A stretch of 64,000 nt of DNA from Patescibacteria group bacterium (GCA_034658935.1 JAYEGE010000008.1:68678-132677), one strand, 5' to 3'; counted from the first letter of the stretch, positions 9,478-16,876 are shown. Numbers and translations: made by a program. Notes: a model not told the origin generated them from the sequence alone.

Positions 9478-9633
9478 CGGCAGTGGGAAGGCTAGATATC
9501 CTATGAGGCCGTGCTAGACTATCAGAAGATAAGATGTCGTCGACTTTGTGTGACCCTGCGCCCCGCCGTAGCAAAGATCCAAATAAATTCTACAAACTAT
9601 CTCACCCCGACCCAATTATGGGTCAGTCGCCGC

Positions 9634-9677
9634 TGCAGATACCTCAGAGTTCTGCAGCGGCTTTTTCATTTTCTTAG
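9634..9677 (+). terminator. rho-independent terminator
   Basis: GCCGCTGCAGA..TCTGCAGCGGC stem followed by TTTTTCATTTTCTT. Confidence 0.7.
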
Positions 9678-9702
9678 GTCTAACTGTTATAATAACTCTA
9701 CG

Positions 9703-9849
9703 ATGTCTAAATTTCTCTTAGGACTCTTTCTCTTCATTGTCGGTTTAGGACTACTCGCTGCTCTTTATCGGACTAGCTCTGGCTCAGCCACTCTAGCCTT
9801 CGCACTATTGGCTGGCGGGGCAGTCTATGTCTTTTTATTAAGGGGCTAA
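9703..9849 (+). CDS. possible small membrane protein (48 aa)
   Basis: Internal ATG of the 9511-9849 ORF, starting MSKFLLGLFLFIVGLGLLAA. It lies after the terminator, so the upstream part of the ORF is unlikely to be coding. Confidence 0.3.
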   Translation: MSKFLLGLFLFIVGLGLLAALYRTSSGSATLAFALLAGGAVYVFLLRG

Positions 9850-9891
9850 GAGCTATTGCCCTTAGGGGAGAAATGTATTAGTCTATAACCC

Positions 9892-10050
9892 ATGTCTCAG
9901 GATCACCTGATTAGATTAGCTTGCTCCAAATGTAAGCGAATAAATTATTGGAGCCGGAAAAATCGCAAACAAGTCGAGCGCAAAATTGAGCTGGCTAAGT
10001 TTTGTAAGTGGTGTAAGAAACGGACAGCTCATAAGGAATCGAAGAAGTAA
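9892..10050 (+). CDS. rpmG: 50S ribosomal protein L33
   Basis: The 52-aa translation MSQDHLIRLACSKCKRINYWSRKNRKQVERKIELAKFCKWCKKRTAHKESKK carries the L33 Cys4 zinc ribbon. The conserved rpmG-tRNA-Trp linkage follows. It is absent from the ORF track because it is under 60 aa. Confidence 0.85.
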   Translation: MSQDHLIRLACSKCKRINYWSRKNRKQVERKIELAKFCKWCKKRTAHKESKK

Positions 10051-10054
10051 GAAG

Positions 10055-10125
10055 GGGTCCATAGTTCAATGGTAGAATAACGGTCTCCAAAACCGTCGAT
10101 CGAGGTTCGAATCCTCGTGGACCCG
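10055..10125 (+). tRNA. tRNA-Trp (anticodon CCA)
   Basis: Acceptor GGGTCCA/TGGACCC, anticodon arm ACGGT-CTCCAAA-ACCGT, T arm CGAGG-TTCGAAT-CCTCG. Confidence 0.85.
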
Positions 10126-10149
10126 CCCGCAGTGCCGTAGCGCAGCGAG

Positions 10150-11031
10150 GTGGGCGGGCTTGTCCTCATTATCTGTATGCCTAATAACAACTCAAATAAC
10201 GATAGCCAACAAAACGCGGCAGTTGGTTCTGACGGTGTGCCTTTAACCAAGAAGGAGCGTCGCCGCTTGAAGCGCGAGAAGAAACGCCATGAGAAGGTGG
10301 TGGAGGTACGTCGAGTCAAGCGAGGTCGTTGGGGTTGGTGGTTGCTCATCATCATCATTATCGCCGCCGCTGTTTTTGGTATTTACAAACTCACCGCCAA
10401 CAGCGGTCCGAGTGGGAACGGCGGGGGGCTAGTGGGCCCTGTTACTGGTGCCGATTGGCGACGTGGGCCGGAAGATGCCTCGGTGGTCTTGGTTGAGTTC
10501 AGTGATTTCCAATGTCCAGCTTGTGCCTTCTATGCCCCCTGGACTAAACAATTAACCGAAGACTTTCCCGAAGATTTGGCCGTTGTTTATCGGCATTTTC
10601 CTTTAAGTAGTATCTATATAAATGCTGAGTGGGCCGCTCGTGCCACTGAGGCCGCTGGCCTCCAGGATAGTTTTTGGGAGATGCATGACCTCCTATTTGA
10701 TCGTCAGGGAGACTGGGCGGAACGCTTAGATGCTAAAAATCTCTTTATTGAATATGCCGCCAGTCTTCTTGGCTTAAATGCTACCAAGTTTAAGCAGGAT
10801 ATGAATAATAATGAGGCGAAGCGCTTAGTTCTGGCGGACCGCCAGAGTGGCGTACAGTCTGGTGTCCGGGGCACCCCCACTTTCTTCCTTAATGGGGTTC
10901 TTCTCGATACTCCTCCAAGCTATGACGACTTTGCTGACTTGATCAGAGCTGAATTCGGAGTAGTGCTCCCGACGCAAACAGAAGATTCGAGCGGCGGCGA
11001 TGAGTCTAGTGACAATGCTGGCGATCAATAA
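10150..11031 (+). CDS. membrane-anchored DsbA-family thiol:disulfide oxidoreductase
   Basis: N-terminal TM segment and a thioredoxin fold with a CPAC active site (FSDFQCPACAFYAPW). Confidence 0.8.
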   Translation: MGGLVLIICMPNNNSNNDSQQNAAVGSDGVPLTKKERRRLKREKKRHEKVVEVRRVKRGRWGWWLLIIIIIAAAVFGIYKLTANSGPSGNGGGLVGPVTGADWRRGPEDASVVLVEFSDFQCPACAFYAPWTKQLTEDFPEDLAVVYRHFPLSSIYINAEWAARATEAAGLQDSFWEMHDLLFDRQGDWAERLDAKNLFIEYAASLLGLNATKFKQDMNNNEAKRLVLADRQSGVQSGVRGTPTFFLNGVLLDTPPSYDDFADLIRAEFGVVLPTQTEDSSGGDESSDNAGDQ

Positions 11032-11482
11032 AAAATTAATCTGGTTTTTCATCATCGTTAGTTTTATTGGCTTCGCCGATGCTACTTATCTGACGATTGG
11101 CTATTACCAGGGTGTTGTCCCGCCTTGCTTGGCTGAAGGTTGCGATACCGTGACCACTAGCGAATATGCCACTCTCGGTGGTATTTCAGTGGCATTAATG
11201 GGCGCAGTCTATTACCTGCTGGTTTGCTTGGCCGCCCTTCTTTACTTGATTGAAGATTGGCAGCCGGGGCGGTCTATTTTGCGCGTTCTCCCGGTTCTCG
11301 GCTTTGTTGGCTCGCTCTATTTTCTCTATCTCCAGGGTTTTGTAATTGGCGCTTGGTGTCAGTATTGTATTGTTTCCGCCGTGATCTCCACGTTTTTATT
11401 TGTGGCATCATTTTGGCTACTTGCCCCGAGGAACTCGAGGGGTGCTCGTCTCTCATCCACTGGATCTGAGAGTCCCTCTTAA
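11000..11482 (+). CDS. vitamin K epoxide reductase (VKOR)-family / DsbB-like membrane protein
   Basis: Multi-TM protein with a loop Cys pair (PPCLAEGC) and a CQYC active-site motif. It is adjacent to DsbA. Confidence 0.7.
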   Translation: MSLVTMLAINKKLIWFFIIVSFIGFADATYLTIGYYQGVVPPCLAEGCDTVTTSEYATLGGISVALMGAVYYLLVCLAALLYLIEDWQPGRSILRVLPVLGFVGSLYFLYLQGFVIGAWCQYCIVSAVISTFLFVASFWLLAPRNSRGARLSSTGSESPS

Positions 11483-12338
11483 ACCAAGTCATTTGGCGTT
11501 TGGCATATTGCCAATTAGTGATTTCTAGCTTTCGCAACAAGCTAATTTTCTCGCGTTGGGAATTATTTTGTTGCTTCCGCAAGAAGTCTGCAACGTAACG
11601 ATATTCTAAACCGAAATCATCTAATCTCTGCCAGGAGATTTTTTGTTTAGCGTGCAAGTTTTTCACCTCAGTGGTCAGGCCCCGCCTTAGTCTCTGTTGC
11701 AGTCGTTTGTTTATTTTCTCTTGCAAAATTTGCTTGCCTGGATTGAGGCCAATCCAGAAGGTGTCAAAGATTTGCCCCCCCAAGGACTCTCCTTCTGCAG
11801 AAGGAGAGTCCTTGGGGGGATTGGACGTTCTTGTCGCACTGGCAATCTCAATAGCCCTAATAAGACGACGAGGGTTATGTTTGTCGATATTCTTCACCCG
11901 AGCAGGATCAAGGACCTGGAGTTTTTTAAACAATTTAGTCGCTCGCCATCTCTCTAGTTCTTTTCTCAGTTCCAAATTAGGTGGTATTGCCGGCAAAGAT
12001 AGCTCGTTTAGTGCTGCCTGGATATATAACCCAGTGCCGCCGCAGATAATGGGCAGGTGGCCGCGCTCGGTAATTTCTCGGATTTTTTTCTGTGCCAGCT
12101 TTTTATATTTAGCCACGGTGAATTGCCCTCGCGGACTGGCGATATCAAGTAGGTGATGGGGGACGCCTTTCATTTCCTGTTTAGTGATCTTGCCACTGCC
12201 TATATCTAGGCCACGATAAACCTGGCGAGAATCAGCTGAGATCACCTCGCCATCAAGTTCCTTTGCCAACTCTACTGCCAGACCACTCTTGCCTGAGGAA
12301 GTTGGGCCAACTATTACTAAGACTTTTTGTCTGTCCAT
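11274..12338 (-). CDS. miaA: tRNA dimethylallyltransferase (MiaA)
   Basis: P-loop GPTSSGKS and the conserved DSRQVYRGLDIGSGK motif. It contains a 44-nt perfect palindrome in-frame. Its C-terminal about 70 aa overlap the convergent VKOR gene. Confidence 0.85.
   Translation of the reverse strand: MDRQKVLVIVGPTSSGKSGLAVELAKELDGEVISADSRQVYRGLDIGSGKITKQEMKGVPHHLLDIASPRGQFTVAKYKKLAQKKIREITERGHLPIICGGTGLYIQAALNELSLPAIPPNLELRKELERWRATKLFKKLQVLDPARVKNIDKHNPRRLIRAIEIASATRTSNPPKDSPSAEGESLGGQIFDTFWIGLNPGKQILQEKINKRLQQRLRRGLTTEVKNLHAKQKISWQRLDDFGLEYRYVADFLRKQQNNSQREKISLLRKLEITNWQYAKRQMTWFKRDSQIQWMRDEHPSSSSGQVAKMMPQIKTWRSRRKQYNTDTKRQLQNPGDRENRASQQSREPGERAK
11776..11819. repeat. 44-nt perfect palindrome inside miaA coding sequence
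   Basis: CCCCCCAAGGACTCTCCTTCTG|CAGAAGGAGAGTCCTTGGGGGG, with 22-bp arms and no mismatches. It encodes the same peptide PPKDSPSAEGESLGG on both strands. Confidence 0.9.
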
Positions 12339-12341
12339 TCA

Positions 12342-12413
12342 TGCTCTCGGCAGGAATCGAACCTGCATCACGAGCTCCGGAGGCCCGCGTTCTATCCGTT
12401 GAACTACGAGAGC
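12342..12413 (-). tRNA. tRNA-Arg (anticodon CCG)
   Basis: The reverse complement reads GCTCTCG..CGGGC-CTCCGGA-GCTCG..GCAGG-TTCGATT-CCTGC-CGAGAGC. It lies 4 nt upstream of the miaA start on the same strand. Confidence 0.8.
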
Positions 12414-12579
12414 AAGTCAACCACCCACATATGGAGTCTACCATTGAATCCCGACGTTCGCTTCGCTTCAGTCGGGACCCCGACCCCCATGCAAGGGCGT
12501 CGGGGCTACGAGAGCTTTTGTTGGTTTAGCCTATCAATTTTTTGCCTTTTTGCCCATTTTGGCCTAGAATTTCTTTTGA

Positions 12580-12661
12580 GCCGGGATGGCGGAATTGGTA
12601 GACGCGCACGACTCAAAATCGTGTGGGGCAACCCATGGGAGTTCGATTCTCCCTCCCGGCA
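12580..12661 (+). tRNA. tRNA-Leu (anticodon CAA), class II
   Basis: Acceptor GCCGGGA/TCCCGGC, anticodon arm CACGA-CTCAAAA-TCGTG, long variable arm, T arm GGGAG-TTCGATT-CTCCC. A TAGAAT -10-like hexamer sits about 10 nt upstream. Confidence 0.85.
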
Positions 12662-12709
12662 CTACGAAGTACACAGCACGCCCATCTGTTTATGTGTTAA
12701 AATAGTCCT

Positions 12710-13672
12710 ATGTCAGAAAGTCGTGCTAACGCTGTTTTTTGGATCGAAGTTGATAAGATTCGACCCAACCCCTTCCAACCTCGGAAGGAATTTGACGAGG
12801 ACAAGATCCAGACGCTGGCCGATTCTATTCGCCAATATGGTATTCTCCAGCCTCTAGTTGTGACCCGCCAGGAAGTGTCTCGAGAAGATGGTGGTATTGG
12901 AGTGGAATACGAGCTAATCGCTGGCGAACGTCGTTGGCGTGCCTCTCAGGTCGCTGGGATTTCTCAGGTACCAGCGGTGATTCGTGATAGTGAAGAAAGC
13001 GACAAGCTTAAATTGGAGATGGCGATTATCGAGAATCTTCAACGTGAAGATTTAAATCCAGTAGACCGAGCTCACGCTTTTCAACAATTAACTGAGCAAT
13101 TTGGCCTGAAGCATCATGAAGTGGGTAAGCGGGTAGGTAGGAGCCGTGAATATGTTTCTAATACTATCCGCATTGCCGCCCTTCCAGAAGAAATGCTCCA
13201 GGCCCTGGTGGAGGGGAAGATTAATGAAGGGCATACCAGGCCACTCTTGATGTTAAACGATAGACCCGAGCAACAACTGACCTTCTTCCAAGAGCTCTTA
13301 GTCAAGAAGATGACTGTTCGTGAAGCTGAGTCTATTGCTCGCCGTATTGCTTACGACAAGGTCCGAAAAAAAGACCATCTCATTGACCCACAAATTGTTG
13401 AGATTGAACAGCAATTAACCGAGCAATTGGGAACTCGTGTTCGGGTAGAGCGCAAGGATGTCGGCGGTAAGGTGCTAATAGATTTTTTCTCTCCCGATGA
13501 TCTAAGTGCTATCCTGAATCTACTCTCGGCCAGACAGCAAGTTACCAATCCGGCTCTGGAGCAAGCGGGGTTGGAAGAGTCAGTCGGCGAGGGTGAGGCA
13601 GTTGCCGAGGGGGCCAGCCAACCTGAAGAGGGAGAAGAAGGTCTTTACGATCTCAAAAATTTTTCTATCTAA
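12710..13672 (+). CDS. parB: ParB/Spo0J-family partition protein
   Basis: ParB N-terminal box (GERRWRAS), an HTH region and an acidic C-terminus. Confidence 0.85.
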   Translation: MSESRANAVFWIEVDKIRPNPFQPRKEFDEDKIQTLADSIRQYGILQPLVVTRQEVSREDGGIGVEYELIAGERRWRASQVAGISQVPAVIRDSEESDKLKLEMAIIENLQREDLNPVDRAHAFQQLTEQFGLKHHEVGKRVGRSREYVSNTIRIAALPEEMLQALVEGKINEGHTRPLLMLNDRPEQQLTFFQELLVKKMTVREAESIARRIAYDKVRKKDHLIDPQIVEIEQQLTEQLGTRVRVERKDVGGKVLIDFFSPDDLSAILNLLSARQQVTNPALEQAGLEESVGEGEAVAEGASQPEEGEEGLYDLKNFSI

Positions 13673-13769
13673 TTATTTTCCCAGCTAGTATTGTGCTACC
13701 TTGCTTTAACTATTTAAGGTAACTATCCCATCTCGTTAAGTGGCTAAATGTAGTGGATGATTTTATACC

Positions 13770-13799
13770 TTGACATAAATAGCCTATTCATGATATACT
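13770..13799 (+). promoter_or_regulatory. sigma70-like promoter (TTGACA-18 nt-TATACT) in the AT-rich region upstream of the DGR target gene
   Basis: Consensus -35 and a good -10. It is about 140 nt upstream of the SD-preceded ATG at 13941. Confidence 0.5.
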
Positions 13800-13940
13800 T
13801 CACGCAGTTCTTTCAAATAGGCTTAGAATCTTGAGACTAGCTTTTTGTAGCTCATATCGGGCTCCAAAGAGCCAGTCTCAAGACGAGACAGTCGCTTACC
13901 CACAGCGTTTGTGGGTGATTTAACAAAGGGAGGTATAACG

Positions 13941-14756
13941 ATGACGATTCGATCGATCACGCCCAACCGAACCCAGAGGCAAGAGAAACAGTACAAGCGA
14001 TTCGTCGGGGATGCGGGTGACCGCGGACTCGTCGAGGTGGATCCTGACAAGGACGCTATTCAACGGCTCATTAGTCGTGGCGGCGAGTTCCAGGGCCACC
14101 TGATCGCAGGCATTCGCCGGTTCTCGGCCGAGCAGACCGACTACACGCACGCGCAGTCTATCCTCGGTACGGACTTTATCATTCCCGAGGAGGTCATGGA
14201 AGCTCGTTCCGGCATCACCTACGCCGGCAGGCATCTGGCCTTCCTGGCGGAGACGATGCCGAGCGAGGAGAATCTGCGGTGGTGCAAGGACAACGGCTAC
14301 GCCGTCATGCCGGCACCGCCTAAGCCGATTGCACTTTTGCCCGTCCGTGCCCTCAAGCCTGCCAACTTCTATCTGAAGACCGGTGGATGGTATGCGGATG
14401 AAAGTGAGAAGTTTGCCTCAAGCGACAAGACCCGTCGGGGATGGCTCGCGGTTCGCAAGACCCTGGTGCCGAACTCGACCTCAAAGACTTGGGACGAACA
14501 AAACGAGCTCCTCTCGAGTGTCGAGGAGGTACCGAATGCGGCCGAGATGGCGTGGTTTATCACCACCTACTTCGACGTCCGTGGCATTCGTCTTTTCGAG
14601 GACATCTGGGTTCGTACTTCTAGCGTCGACTCGGACGGTAACCATGTCGACGTCGGCCATTTCGGCCAGGACGGTCTCCACGTCGGCGACGATTGGGATG
14701 ACGGGCGCAGTGGCAACGTCGGTGTGTCCTCTGCTCGGAAGTTTTCTGAGCCTTGA
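13941..14756 (+). CDS. DGR target (variable) protein with C-terminal variable repeat
   Basis: Strong SD (AAGGGAGG) 7 nt before the ATG at 13941. The last about 42 codons are the VR matching the downstream TR. The gene is GC-rich relative to its surroundings. The fold was not identified; the ligand-binding region may be C-type-lectin-like (inference). Confidence 0.75.
   Translation: MTIRSITPNRTQRQEKQYKRFVGDAGDRGLVEVDPDKDAIQRLISRGGEFQGHLIAGIRRFSAEQTDYTHAQSILGTDFIIPEEVMEARSGITYAGRHLAFLAETMPSEENLRWCKDNGYAVMPAPPKPIALLPVRALKPANFYLKTGGWYADESEKFASSDKTRRGWLAVRKTLVPNSTSKTWDEQNELLSSVEEVPNAAEMAWFITTYFDVRGIRLFEDIWVRTSSVDSDGNHVDVGHFGQDGLHVGDDWDDGRSGNVGVSSARKFSEP
14620..14744 (+). repeat. DGR variable repeat (VR)
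   Basis: 125 nt matching TR at 15213-15337 with 13 mismatches, 11 of them at TR adenines. The 3' 35 nt are identical to TR and are IMH-like. Confidence 0.85.
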
Positions 14757-14757
14757 G

Positions 14758-14771
14758 CCGCCAGCTGGCGG
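14758..14771 (+). promoter_or_regulatory. GC hairpin downstream of VR (CCGCCAG|CTGGCGG)
   Basis: Perfect 14-nt palindrome 14 nt after the VR end, just past the stop codon. It is positioned like the stem-loop that promotes DGR homing in phage BPP-1. Confidence 0.55.
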
Positions 14772-15212
14772 TCTGGAGGGCTTGAGCCTCTTGGATTCTT
14801 GACCCGTCTGACGAACCTTGTCTAGCCCGTGCCGACGGCACGTCGGCCTAGGGAGCCTCCGCGCAAATTTTTCTACCAGGGATATTTGCCGGAGGCTCTT
14901 TTTATTTACCTACATATCACTTATAATACAGATATCTTGCTCATGAAGGCTAGATTACGGTTTAGTCTCGCGAGATGTCTCATCTTTGAGATCGCCAGAA
15001 TGTTTGCGTTTACGCCTGCCTGCTGGCAGGCAGGGATTCAAGCAGAGCGCGAAAAAGATAGGGATTTAACTTCTTGCTCGTTTCTAGCAGAGGTTTTTTG
15101 TCTTTAGGCAAGAGATGCTCTCGAATAAAATACAGGAAGGAGAGGACATAGGGATTGGGCTTTTGTCTACCCACAAACCTCGGCTTCTAGTGGCACAGAC
15201 GGAAACGGGCAA

Positions 15213-15337
15213 CTAGCGTCAACTCGGATGGTAACCATGTCAACGTCGGCAATTTCGACCAGGACGGTCTCAACGTCAACGACTATTGGGATGACAAGCG
15301 CAATGGCAACATCGGTGTGTCCTCTGCTCGGAAGTTT
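15213..15337 (+). repeat. DGR template repeat (TR)
   Basis: Intergenic A-rich copy of VR. In the VR frame it reads as a run of AAC/AAT codons (SVNSDGNHVNVGNFDQDGLNVNDYWDDKRNGNIG). It is not part of any ORF. Confidence 0.85.
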
Positions 15338-15369
15338 CTTCTCTACTATAAACGCCTCTTTCGGGGCGT

Positions 15370-15726
15370 TTAGTCTTTCTGTTGTTTGGAGGATTTAATC
15401 CAGCCACCAAGCATTCGTCCGATTTCATCCATAATTTCTTGGAGGGAGGTGTATTTCATGACATCGATGGATTTTGTGTCATGCGAGAGTCTGGCAAAGA
15501 TGCGAAGTAAGTTAAGCTTGATACTTACTTTATTCAAAACTGGCACCTTTTCAGTTCTAGGCATCGATGTTGCTTGTAGGATTCCCTCGATAATATCAAG
15601 CGAGGTATCTTCGCATCTCTGCCACAACGTATGTCTGTCTTGTTTAGGAACGGAAGCGCGGATATGATGTACAGTTTTATACAAATCATACACTTTTTTG
15701 AAAATCGGTATATCAAATTCATCCAT
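15370..15726 (-). CDS. avd: DGR accessory variability determinant (Avd), four-helix-bundle protein
   Basis: 118 aa. The C-terminal GRMLGGWIKSSKQQ closely resembles Bordetella phage Avd (GRILGSWIARVNRKGQ). It is adjacent to the TR and the RT. Confidence 0.75.
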   Translation of the reverse strand: MDEFDIPIFKKVYDLYKTVHHIRASVPKQDRHTLWQRCEDTSLDIIEGILQATSMPRTEKVPVLNKVSIKLNLLRIFARLSHDTKSIDVMKYTSLQEIMDEIGRMLGGWIKSSKQQKD

Positions 15727-16787
15727 GAGAACATTTGAACATATTTACAATCTGATAATTTCTCCCGAGAGCCTTTTCATTGCTTGGAAACGATTTAGCA
15801 GAGATAAACACAAAAAGAAAGATGTTCTGCAATTCGAGTGGAATTTGGAGCAAAACATTTTTGCATTGTGCCGAGAGCTGAAAAACAAAGTCTACCAGCA
15901 TGGACCATATACTGATTTTTACATTACTGACCCCAAACAACGACACATCCACAAGGCACTCGTTCGGGACAGGGTATTGCACCATTCGATTGTCCGCATA
16001 CTCACTCCGATCTTTGAACCAACATTTATCGCTAATTCTTTTTCTTGTCGAATTGGTAAAGGAACACACAAAGGAGTATTGATGGTGGAGAAAATGTTGC
16101 GCACGGTGAGTCGAAATAACACTAGAAGTTGCTACGTTCTTAAATGTGATATCAGGAGATTTTTTGACTCCATTGACCATAATATCCTGCTCAAAATGTT
16201 GGAGCAAAAAATTAAAGACCCAGCCGTGATGTGGCTCTTGGAAAGAATTGTCAGCAGTTACGAGAGAGAGGGAGAGAGAGAGGAAAAATTGCGCGGGGAA
16301 AGGGATACCCGTTGGCAATCTCACCTCCCAATTGTTTGCGAATATCTATATGAACAAGTTCGATCAGTTTGTAAAGCATGAATTGAGAACAAAATATTAC
16401 GCACGATATGCGGATGATTTCGTAATTATAGCAGATAATAGAGAAAAACTCGAGCGACTGGTGGTGCAAATCACAAACTTTCTTTCGGGCCAATTGGCGC
16501 TTTCGTTGCACCCGCATAAAGTTTCTATACAGGCATATACTTGCGGGGTAGATTTTCTGGGACAAATTATTTTTCCACATTACCGTCTACTTCGCGCCAA
16601 GACAAGAAAGAGAATCTTCAAGCAAATTAGACGTAAGGTTGAGCGATGCAACGATGGTTTAATTTCAGAGAAAACTTTGCACCATTCACTACAATCGTAT
16701 TTGGGCGTTCTCTCACATACCAATACATATGGGGATCTCAAGGAATTAAAAAATCAGGTTTGGTTTTGGTCCATAAAGGATAATTAG
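15725..16787 (+). CDS. DGR reverse transcriptase, reading frame interrupted in a (GA)n tract near 16262-16283
   Basis: The N-terminal part (15725-16381) has GPYTDFYITDPKQRHIHKAL and CRIGKGTHKGV. The second frame (16248-16787) has GKGIPVGNLTSQLFANIYMN and YADDFVII. The IGxxxSQ motif is diagnostic of DGR RTs versus group II intron RTs. Confidence 0.85.
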
Positions 16788-16876
16788 GGGGCCCTTGTTG
16801 TCTTAAATGAGCAAGTGGTGAGGGGTTTTGGTGCCTTCCCCTCCTTCGCTAAAGCTACGGTAGGACTGCGGCACTA

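Noticed and set aside
11671-12156. 161-aa and 86-aa plus-strand ORFs inside miaA
   Set aside because: Antisense to a well-supported miaA. The shared peptide is an artefact of the 44-nt palindrome reading identically on both strands.
12253-12857. ORFs 12253-12444, 12263-12529 and 12327-12857 spanning the tRNA-Arg and tRNA-Leu genes
   Set aside because: They run through two clear tRNA genes and a promoter region. The translations are low complexity.
15386-15667. 93-aa plus-strand ORF antisense to avd
   Set aside because: Low-complexity, non-protein-like translation. The minus-strand frame gives a clear Avd homologue.
16255-16290. (GA)n tract or rpoC KT hexamer repeat as CRISPR-like or minisatellite arrays
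   Set aside because: Simple short tandem repeats within coding sequence, with no spacer and repeat architecture. No CRISPR array is present anywhere in the window.
15698-16787. RT initially considered a group II intron or retron-type reverse transcriptase
   Set aside because: Motif 4 reads IGNLTSQ (DGR-specific) rather than the group II pattern. No intron RNA domains, maturase or endonuclease are present. An Avd gene and a TR/VR pair lie adjacent.
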